NCBI GenBank assembly: GCA_031265235.1
Contig: JAISCX010000035.1
Span: 16,839-80,838 of the forward strand
DNA length: 64,000 nucleotides
Source: Rickettsiales bacterium
Lineage (GTDB): Bacteria; Pseudomonadota; Alphaproteobacteria; Rs-D84
Reading direction: 5' to 3'
Shown here: positions 57,069 to 64,000 of the stretch, in pieces
How positions within the stretch are numbered: position 1 is the stretch's first letter
Layout of the letters: each line of letters begins with the position of its first letter
Translations under genes and position numbers: made by a program
Notes under the pieces: generated by a model
What the model saw: only the letters and a program-made list of their open reading frames with translations
Told to the model about the DNA's origin: nothing
Database searches by the model: none

Positions 57069-57565
57069 AATGATTTCACGGATTCCAAATACATGCACAT
57101 TTTCCAACGCATGTCGTGTCTTTTTTGAACATGTCCGGGAAGATCGCTGGTCCAGATGTTCCATTCCCTGTTTTCCGGTCTGGGCAGATTATACCATAGC
57201 ATTTTTGCGATATGCTTGGCATATTCCTGCATTTTGCGAGCAATCGCGTATGCGGGCGCCAGATGGGGAAAGGACTTTGCCCTATGAAAATCTTTTAGCG
57301 AGATGTTCTTGTCTATTCCCCAATTCGTTGCGCTTTGCTTTATAAAATTATATGCATCGGCAAAATTTCCGTGCATGTCTATGATTTTTTTGTCTTTTGC
57401 AAATTCGAAACTTGCATCGCCAAGGGCTTTTCTTATAAAGCCGACATCCGCGCTGTATTCGGTTTTTTTCACTTCGTCCAGTATGCCAATGATCGTTTCC
57501 GTATCCAGGATATGTTTTTTCATTTTATCCATCCTATTGTTCCCAATCTGCTTTAACATGTTCAT
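57065..57565 (-). CDS. hypothetical protein (between ruvA and mnmE; occupies the position usually held by ruvB)
   Basis: AAAGGAG RBS before MNMLKQIGNN. The start abuts the ruvA stop and the end overlaps the mnmE start (ATGA). Confidence 0.5.
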   Translation of the reverse strand: MNMLKQIGNNRMDKMKKHILDTETIIGILDEVKKTEYSADVGFIRKALGDASFEFAKDKKIIDMHGNFADAYNFIKQSATNWGIDKNISLKDFHRAKSFPHLAPAYAIARKMQEYAKHIAKMLWYNLPRPENREWNIWTSDLPGHVQKRHDMRWKMCMYLESVKSL

Positions 57566-58140
57566 TTCGTTATCTCCTTTAATGCTGCGCGGACCAGTGA
57601 TCCCATGTCCGTTTCCGGATTCTCGCGGACAAGTTTCTGGGCGCATTCCGCAACATCGGCCCGTCTGTATCCCAGCGATTCCAATGCGGACAGCAAGTCG
57701 GATAGATTATTGCCGGCGCCGCCATCGCCACCGCCAAGGTCAAATCCCTTGGTCTTGCCCTTTAATTCCACGATGATTTTTTCCGCGACCTTTTTGCCGA
57801 CCCCGGGCGCGCTGGAAATGGTCTTGGCATCGCCGGTTGCGATTGCGGAAAGCAAAACGTTTGCTTTCAATGAACCGATTATGGACATTCCGACCTTTGG
57901 CCCCACGCCGGATACGGATGTCAGCTTGCCGAATAAATCCTGTTGGGCCATGCTTTCAAACCCGAACAGTTTGAACGAATCTTCGCGGACAATCGTTTCG
58001 ATCCAGAGCGTCATCTGCGAACCATAAGTCGCGCACTGTAAATTTGCCGGCACGAAAACGTGGTATCCGACGCCGCCGACCATAAGAATAATATATCCGT
58101 CGCCGATATAATCAATAATTCCTTGCAATTTTCCAATCAT
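57562..58140 (-). CDS. ruvA: Holliday junction DNA helicase RuvA
   Basis: MIGKLQGIIDYIGDGYIILMVGGVGYHVFVP, followed by HhH domains and the C-terminal domain III. Confidence 0.9.
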   Translation of the reverse strand: MIGKLQGIIDYIGDGYIILMVGGVGYHVFVPANLQCATYGSQMTLWIETIVREDSFKLFGFESMAQQDLFGKLTSVSGVGPKVGMSIIGSLKANVLLSAIATGDAKTISSAPGVGKKVAEKIIVELKGKTKGFDLGGGDGGAGNNLSDLLSALESLGYRRADVAECAQKLVRENPETDMGSLVRAALKEITK

Positions 58141-58191
58141 TTTGTATCCTTTGAAAGCAATTATACTAAACTTAAATCAAAAGGCAAATTT

Positions 58192-58908
58192 ATGTCCGGA
58201 CACAGCAAATGGCACAATATCATGCATAAAAAGGGCGCGGCCGACGCGGCGCGTTCCGGTCTCTTTACCAAACTGGCCCGCGAAATTACCATGGCAGCGA
58301 AGCTGGGCGATTCAAATCCCGACAATAACCCGCGCCTGCGATTGGCAATTCTGAATGCGCGCAAAAATTCGATGCCGAATGACAATATAAAACGCGCGAT
58401 AGAGAAATCCCAAGGCGCGGGCGCCGAAAATTATGATTCTGTGCGCTATGAAGGATATGGCCCCGGCGCGGTGCCGATGATTGTAGAGGCCATGACGGAC
58501 AATCCCCGCAGAACAGTGCCCGAAGTGCGCAGCATATTCGCCAAGAACGGCGGCAATATGGGCGAAGAGGGCAGCGTCGCGTTCATGTTCACCCGTGCGG
58601 GCGTGATATATTACCCGCTGTCAGCCGCAAAATCCGAAGACGAGATGGCAGAAGAGATAATGAATGCGGGCGCGGACGATTTGGAAACGTCGGATGAAGG
58701 GTATATTGTAAAAACCAAGCCGGATGATTTTATGGCCGTGCAAAAGATCTTGTCCGACAAACTGGGCGAACCGGAACGGGCGGAATTAACCTGGATACCG
58801 AACATGCCGATGGATCTGGATGACGACGCGTATGCCAAATTGGAAAAATTGGCGGATGCGCTGGATGCGAACGACGACGTGCAGCGCGTAATCACCGCCG
58901 CGCAGTGA
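58192..58908 (+). CDS. yebC: YebC/PmpR family DNA-binding transcriptional regulator
   Basis: MSGHSKWHNIMHKKGAADAARSG... is the hallmark N-terminus. Confidence 0.9.
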   Translation: MSGHSKWHNIMHKKGAADAARSGLFTKLAREITMAAKLGDSNPDNNPRLRLAILNARKNSMPNDNIKRAIEKSQGAGAENYDSVRYEGYGPGAVPMIVEAMTDNPRRTVPEVRSIFAKNGGNMGEEGSVAFMFTRAGVIYYPLSAAKSEDEMAEEIMNAGADDLETSDEGYIVKTKPDDFMAVQKILSDKLGEPERAELTWIPNMPMDLDDDAYAKLEKLADALDANDDVQRVITAAQ

Positions 58909-58913
58909 TTAAA

Positions 58914-60725
58914 TTATGCTTTCTTTGCTTTCTTGCGCATGGTGGAATCAAGTTCTCTTTTTCGCAGCCTGATTGTTTGCGGCGTGACTTCCACCAGTTC
59001 GTCGTCCTGTATATATGACAGCGCTTCTTCCAATGTAATGCGCCGCGGCGGCGCCAGAAACAGCTTTTCATCCGCGGTCACGGACCGCATGTTGGTCAGT
59101 TCCTTGCCTTTTATCGGATTTATTTCCAGATCGTTTTCCTTGGAATGCTCGCCTATTATCATGCCGCTGTAAACCTGTGTCTGCGGTTCTATAAACAGTG
59201 TTCCGCGCGGCTGCAGGTTGAACAAGGCATAAGTCGCGGCAGCCCCGTTTTCCATGCTTACAAGCACGCCCGGACGATACGCTTCGATGTCGCCCCTGTA
59301 TGGCGCGTATTCTGCGAATATGCGGTTCATGATTCCGGTGCCGCGCGTGTCAGTGCGGAATTCGGAAAGATATCCGATCAGCCCGCGCGACGGCGCCGAA
59401 AATACAATGCGCGTTTTTCCGGCGCCCGACGGTTTCATTTCTGTGATCGTCGCCTTGCGCTTTGTCATTTTTTCAATCACGACGCCGCTGAATTCATCGT
59501 CAACGTCAATCACCACGTCTTCGATAGGTTCGTTCCCGTCAACCATCACGACGCGCGGGCGCGAAACCGACAGCTCAAAGCCTTCTCTGCGCATGGTTTC
59601 AATAAGTATCCCCAGCTGCAATTCGCCGCGTCCGGATACTTCGAATGATTCGTTGTTCGCGGACTGTGCGACGCGCAGCGCGATATTTGTTTCCGCTTCT
59701 TTGAACAGGCGTTCGCCGATCATGCGGCTTGTCAATTTCTTGCCGCCGGAACGGCCGGCAAGCGGCGAAGTATTTACAAAAAACGTCATGGTAAGCGTCG
59801 GCGGGTCGATCGGCAGCGCCGGGATCGGTTCCGTCACCTCTGGCGCGCACAATGTGTCCGCCACGGTGGCCTTGGAAAAACCGGCGATGACGACAATGTC
59901 GCCGGCGCTTGCGGATTCCAGCGAAATCTTTTCAACGCCGCGGTGTTCTATGATTTTTGTAATTTTGGCGTTTTCTATGAATTCGCCTTGCATGTTTATA
60001 GCCTTGACGCTTTGCCCCACGCGAACGGTTCCTGATTCGATTTTTCCGGTCAGTATCCGACCCACGTACGGATCCGCTTCCAAGGTGGTCGCAAGCATTT
60101 TGAAAGGCGCGTCCAATTCGCAGCGCGTACCGTTGCAGTCCGGTGCGGGAACATGGTCGATAATCAGCTGGAACAGCGTCGTCAGATCCTTGCGTTCGTC
60201 CGTTAAATTCCGAACCGCCCAGCCGTCGCGTCCGACGGCGTATACATACGGGAAATCCAGCTGGGAATCCGTGGCGCCAAGCTTGTCAAACAAATCGAAT
60301 GTTTCTGACAGCACTTCGTCCGGGCGCGCGTCGGAACGGTCAATTTTATTAATGCATACAATGGGCTTTAACCCAAGTTTCAGCGCCTTGCTCAGCACGA
60401 ATTTGGTCTGGGGCAGGGGGCCTTCGCTTGAATCCACCAGCAGAATAACGCCGTCAACCATGGACAGTATTCGTTCAACCTCGCCCCCGAAATCCGCGTG
60501 TCCCGGTGTGTCCACGATATTGATTTTATAATCGTTCCACATGACGGACGTCGGCTTTGCTGAAATGGTGATGCCGCGTTCGCGTTCCAGATCGCCGCTG
60601 TCCATGACGCGGTCGGCGACGCGTTCGTTCTCGCGGAATGTTCCGGCCTGTTTCAGCATGTTGTCCACAAGCGTCGTCTTGCCATGGTCAACGTGCGCGA
60701 TGATCGCGATATTTCTAATCTTCAT
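58914..60725 (-). CDS. typA: translational GTPase TypA/BipA
   Basis: MKIRNIAIIAHVDHGKTTLVD...DSGDLERERGITI, EF-G-like domains at 603 aa. Confidence 0.95.
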   Translation of the reverse strand: MKIRNIAIIAHVDHGKTTLVDNMLKQAGTFRENERVADRVMDSGDLERERGITISAKPTSVMWNDYKINIVDTPGHADFGGEVERILSMVDGVILLVDSSEGPLPQTKFVLSKALKLGLKPIVCINKIDRSDARPDEVLSETFDLFDKLGATDSQLDFPYVYAVGRDGWAVRNLTDERKDLTTLFQLIIDHVPAPDCNGTRCELDAPFKMLATTLEADPYVGRILTGKIESGTVRVGQSVKAINMQGEFIENAKITKIIEHRGVEKISLESASAGDIVVIAGFSKATVADTLCAPEVTEPIPALPIDPPTLTMTFFVNTSPLAGRSGGKKLTSRMIGERLFKEAETNIALRVAQSANNESFEVSGRGELQLGILIETMRREGFELSVSRPRVVMVDGNEPIEDVVIDVDDEFSGVVIEKMTKRKATITEMKPSGAGKTRIVFSAPSRGLIGYLSEFRTDTRGTGIMNRIFAEYAPYRGDIEAYRPGVLVSMENGAAATYALFNLQPRGTLFIEPQTQVYSGMIIGEHSKENDLEINPIKGKELTNMRSVTADEKLFLAPPRRITLEEALSYIQDDELVEVTPQTIRLRKRELDSTMRKKAKKA

Positions 60726-60809
60726 TCATAATCCTTAGTCTAGCGCGGGATTATACAGCGCATGAATTTATTTGCAAGAAAAAAACCGCACCAAGATGCG
60801 GTTTTTCTT

Positions 60810-62096
60810 TCAGTTTTTCGCCCCAATGCGTGTTCGTCCGCCCATCAGTGGTTGCAGTGCCTTTGGGATGCTCACACTGCCGTCCGCGTTCTGATGGTTT
60901 TCAATAATAAACGCCAATGCGCGCGGCAGTGCAATCGCGGTATTGTTCAGGGTCGCGCAAAATTTAACCTCGTTCGTGCCATTTTCGCGATAGCGGGTCA
61001 TCGTGCGCCGCGCTTGAAATTCGCCGATTGCGCTGCAGCTGCCGGCTTCGCCCCATCTGTCTTGTCCCGGCATCAAGACCTCTACATCGTGCATTTTTAT
61101 CTTGTTGAATCCCATGTCGCCCGTGCTGGTCGCTATGACGCGGTTCGGCAATTCCATATCCGATAGAATCTCGCACAGGTTTCCCAGCATGTAATCGAAC
61201 ATCTCGTCGCTCTGTTCCGGTTTGCAATAAACGTATTGTTCAACTTTGTGGAATTCATGTATCCGGTAAAGTCCGCGGGTATCGCGGCCCGCCGCGCCCG
61301 CTTCTTTCCGAAAGCAATGCGAATATCCCGCGTATTTGATTGGCAGCGCATCTTCGGCCATGATTTCATTCGCGTGCAGCTTGTTCAGGGTAATCTCTGC
61401 GGTTCCGGCAAGGCTGCGGTCGGTATCTTCCAGCATGAATACGTCATTGTTCATTACTGATAAATCGCTGCCCAGAAAATGTCCCGCATCAAAAACGCTT
61501 TGCGGTTTTGTGATTGCAGGGACATGGATATAGGAAAATCCCTTTGCGATCATTTTTTGCGTAACAAACGCCCGTATCGCATCATCAAGCTCTGCCGCTT
61601 CTCCTATCAGACAGTAAGTGCGGCTGCCGCATATGTCCGCAATCTTTTCCGGCATCCACCATCCGTTCATGTCCAGAATATCCCAATGCGGCCGCGGCGT
61701 GAAATCAAAATCGCGGATGTTTCCCATTCGGCGAAGCTCTATATTCGCGTCGGAATCGGCGCCTATCGGTTCCGTTGTGGCCGGGATTTGCGGGACACGA
61801 TGAAGCAGGTCGTTCAGGATTGCTTCTTTATCTGTCAATTCCGCCATCTCGGAAGCCAATTCAGCATTCACGCGTTTTGATTCGTTTATATATCCCATGC
61901 GGGCGGACGGATTCGCACCCGGAATCTTTGCAGTGATTTTATTTTTATACGCGGTTTTCGTTTGCGTCGTTGTTTTCAGCTCGCGCACGCGAATGTCCAG
62001 CGCAATTATTTCGTCTGTCCGGTCTGCAAAGCCCTTGACCTCGCACGCCCATTTTACTTTTTCGGGATTTTCCCGAATGAATTTTATATCCAGCAT
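60810..62096 (-). CDS. serS: seryl-tRNA synthetase
   Basis: MLDIKFIRENPE with an N-terminal coiled coil and class II motifs (FRKEAGAAGRDTRGLYRIHEFHKVEQ). Confidence 0.95.
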   Translation of the reverse strand: MLDIKFIRENPEKVKWACEVKGFADRTDEIIALDIRVRELKTTTQTKTAYKNKITAKIPGANPSARMGYINESKRVNAELASEMAELTDKEAILNDLLHRVPQIPATTEPIGADSDANIELRRMGNIRDFDFTPRPHWDILDMNGWWMPEKIADICGSRTYCLIGEAAELDDAIRAFVTQKMIAKGFSYIHVPAITKPQSVFDAGHFLGSDLSVMNNDVFMLEDTDRSLAGTAEITLNKLHANEIMAEDALPIKYAGYSHCFRKEAGAAGRDTRGLYRIHEFHKVEQYVYCKPEQSDEMFDYMLGNLCEILSDMELPNRVIATSTGDMGFNKIKMHDVEVLMPGQDRWGEAGSCSAIGEFQARRTMTRYRENGTNEVKFCATLNNTAIALPRALAFIIENHQNADGSVSIPKALQPLMGGRTRIGAKN

Positions 62097-62298
62097 TGTT
62101 TTGCCTTTGTATTATTTCGAAACAAATATTGATTTTAATTATTATAATGTCTGCGAAAGAATTCGCAAATAAAAATTATTCCCCCAAAGGGGACGAAGAA
62201 GAGCAGGATGACAAATGGTTCATAACGAATGGTCTAAACATGTTTTACATTTTATAAAATATGACCGGAAAGTCAAATAAATTTTAGGTTGTCGATTT

Positions 62299-62850
62299 TT
62301 ACGCGACGGCGGCAAGCGGCAGTTGTGTCGTCGCCATCTCGTCGTTGAATAATGCGGGTTGTGCCGCGACGCCCCGTTCGAACGATTTTACGAACAAGTA
62401 ATCGCTAAGTCTGTTGAAATACTGGACCATCGGCGCGATGTCGGACAGGGGCATATAACGTTCTTCATCTATCAGCGCGCGTTCGCTTTCCGCAAATTCC
62501 ACGATGCGGCGTTCTGCGCGGCGGCATATCGCGCGCGCCAAAGACGCCGCGCCGCGCGGATTTACAAACCACGGCGGGATTGAATTGTTGTGTTCGGATA
62601 TGTATTCTTCCAGTGTTTCTATCTGGGCGTGCACGCGGGAAACGTCAACGGTTTTATAGTATAAATACCCCATAATCTCGGATAAAAACGTCTGGATGGC
62701 GTCAAACCGTCCGCCGTCCATGCCCAGCGCGCAGGACAGTTCGTCAACCTCGCCCATGATCCATATCACCGGATGCGTTTTTGACGCGATCCGGTCCGGA
62801 TTCAACTGGGTCATCCCCTGGTCGCCATTCTTTGTTGTTATCTGTGCCAT
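62299..62850 (-). CDS. ATP:cob(I)alamin adenosyltransferase, PduO-type
   Basis: ITTKNGDQGMTQL...IWIMGEVDELSCALG matches Cob_adeno_trans (TGDKGxTSL...GxVDELNxxIG). Confidence 0.8.
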   Translation of the reverse strand: MAQITTKNGDQGMTQLNPDRIASKTHPVIWIMGEVDELSCALGMDGGRFDAIQTFLSEIMGYLYYKTVDVSRVHAQIETLEEYISEHNNSIPPWFVNPRGAASLARAICRRAERRIVEFAESERALIDEERYMPLSDIAPMVQYFNRLSDYLFVKSFERGVAAQPALFNDEMATTQLPLAAVA

Positions 62851-62874
62851 TGCAAAAATCTTTCTTGTTTTTTA

Positions 62875-62968
62875 GTGTAAGTGACAGTGTAAGTGCAAGT
62901 GGTTTAGATTATAATATAAAGCTTGTCCATAATCCGAACCGCTTGCACTTACACTGTCCTTACACTTA
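62875..62968. repeat. palindromic element (gtgtaagtgacagtgtaagtgcaagtgg ... cgcttgcacttacactgtccttacactta)
   Basis: 28-nt inverted arms around an AT-rich core. Related motifs are gtgtaagcgcaagtgacaag at 26652 and agagtaagagg.../...cctactctt at 41221-41293. Confidence 0.6.
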
Positions 62969-63424
62969 TTATTTCATCCCGCTTGACCCAAAGCCTTTTC
63001 CACCGCGGTCCGTTTCCATCAGTTCGCTGACAAATTCTATTTGCGGCTTTTCTATTTTCTGCACGACTATCTGCGCGATTCTGTCGCCGAATTCTATATG
63101 GACCGGCGCGCCCGACAAGTTGGTCAGGCACACCCCGCCGATCCCGGTATAGGAATGGTCGATCGTTCCATAATGGCACAATATCCCCTTGGACGACATG
63201 CCGCTCCTTGGACGTATCAGCCATTCGACCATATCGTCGTCGCCCGTAATTTGCAGACGCACGCCAGAGCTGATTATTTTCGTTTCGCCCGGGTTTATGA
63301 CGACGCCGTCTTCCGCGCATCGCATGTCAATCCCGGAATTGCCGGCGCCCCACGCGAACTTTTTTTCGCCGTTCAGATATGCGTCACGGATTCGGTCGCT
63401 TTCAAATACTATGTTTAGTTTCAT
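62969..63424 (-). CDS. dut: dUTP diphosphatase
   Basis: AGNSGIDMR, GETKIISSGV, RPRSGMSSKG, GTIDHSYTGIGGV and FGDRIAQIVV are dUTPase motifs 1-5. Confidence 0.9.
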   Translation of the reverse strand: MKLNIVFESDRIRDAYLNGEKKFAWGAGNSGIDMRCAEDGVVINPGETKIISSGVRLQITGDDDMVEWLIRPRSGMSSKGILCHYGTIDHSYTGIGGVCLTNLSGAPVHIEFGDRIAQIVVQKIEKPQIEFVSELMETDRGGKGFGSSGMK

Positions 63425-63426
63425 TG

Positions 63427-64000
63427 CTATATCACCTCGCATCCGCCGCCTGCGCATGCCGGCGCGGCAGCAAAGTTAACGAAATTCTTTTCTTCCACGA
63501 TCTTGTCGAATTCAAACTTGTAATGACAGTCGGCAAAGGCCTTGTAGACTTCTTCGTTGGTGTCTTCAAACGGCGCCTGTTCATAGCTGGAATCGGAATA
63601 AGGCAGCAGCGATATCCCGGTGTAATTGCCGCGGTTCGCCCACATCCATTCGCGCACTTCGTCCCATTCGTGATTCTTGACGTTGCATGTGCAGGACACG
63701 TTGTTATAGTTGTCGCCCTTGATATGTCCCGGCATGATCCAATGTTCGAACAGATATTTCACCCGCTCTAAAAATTGGATCGCGGTTTCATTCCTTCGCG
63801 TTACCGCGCCTTCGGGCGCGCGTATCACAAGGGATATGACGCCGTCCGTGGATTTTCGCTTGTCGTCTTCTATCAGATCCGGGAAATTTTTCAATATATA
63901 GCCATACATCGGTTCCACCTTGTTCACGCGGATGCGGCGGATGTAATGCTTTGCATGCCACGGATGTATGCCGGAAGACGTGCCGAGCACCGGCGCCCCC
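63427..64000 (-). CDS. nrdJ: ribonucleotide reductase, C-terminal part (probably class II adenosylcobalamin-dependent NrdJ); 5' end beyond window
   Basis: The frame is open to the window edge and the C-terminal tail ends ...AAAPACAGGGCEVI, a redox Cys pair. The RNR C-terminal region precedes it. Neighbouring dut and the PduO adenosyltransferase support a B12-dependent class. Confidence 0.5.
   Translation of the reverse strand, partial: GAPVLGTSSGIHPWHAKHYIRRIRVNKVEPMYGYILKNFPDLIEDDKRKSTDGVISLVIRAPEGAVTRRNETAIQFLERVKYLFEHWIMPGHIKGDNYNNVSCTCNVKNHEWDEVREWMWANRGNYTGISLLPYSDSSYEQAPFEDTNEEVYKAFADCHYKFEFDKIVEEKNFVNFAAAPACAGGGCEVI

Overview
This window is a gene-dense chromosomal segment from what looks like an alphaproteobacterium, probably a Rickettsiales/Holosporales-like intracellular lineage (inference). 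The window opens inside gyrB and closes inside the C-terminus of a ribonucleotide reductase gene.

Core housekeeping genes present:
- Replication and repair: gyrB, ung, uvrB, recA, ruvA, ruvC, xthA, an addB-like nuclease and dut.
- Translation and RNA modification: aspS, serS, typA/bipA, engB, rsmI, mnmE and tsaE.
- Division and envelope: a continuous ftsA-rpe ORF, ftsQ, mltA, an lpoA-like gene, lolC/E, lolD, secB and asmA.
- RNA genes: tRNA-Thr(GGT), tRNA-Gly(TCC) and tRNA-Tyr(GTA).

Interspersed accessory material:
- A tightly overlapped operon of a MazG-like protein, an HhH-type glycosylase, an APH-like kinase and ung, sitting behind a translationally coupled pair of unknown genes.
- A small cassette island beside tRNA-Gly/tRNA-Tyr carrying two ASCH proteins and a SAM methyltransferase, delimited by repeated att-like boundary elements.
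- A second AT-rich methyltransferase flanked by similar hairpins.
- Several secreted or Cys-rich proteins.

The most distinctive property is the density of palindromic and simple-sequence repeat families:
- Three copies of a ~140-150 bp Rickettsia-RPE-like palindromic element inserted in frame into uvrB, addB and a DUF721 gene.
- Smaller in-frame palindromes in mnmE and tsaE.
- TAGATA-hexamer palindromes at three intergenic sites.
- A 240-bp structured palindrome bounded by tcacaaatcac-type inverted repeats.
- Heptamer-repeat palindromes.
- A (CA)18 tract wired as a frame switch between a promoter-proximal ATG and a tail-fibre-repeat-like/LamG surface-protein pair.

Further notable signals:
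- A candidate T-box leader upstream of aspS.
- Two paralogous attenuator leaders in front of secreted-protein genes.
- Two tandem terminator-capped sRNA candidates.
- An ftsA-rpe in-frame fusion whose junction sits at a poly-A tract one base away from a canonical TAATG stop/start.

No CRISPR array, rRNA, integrase or transposase gene is visible.
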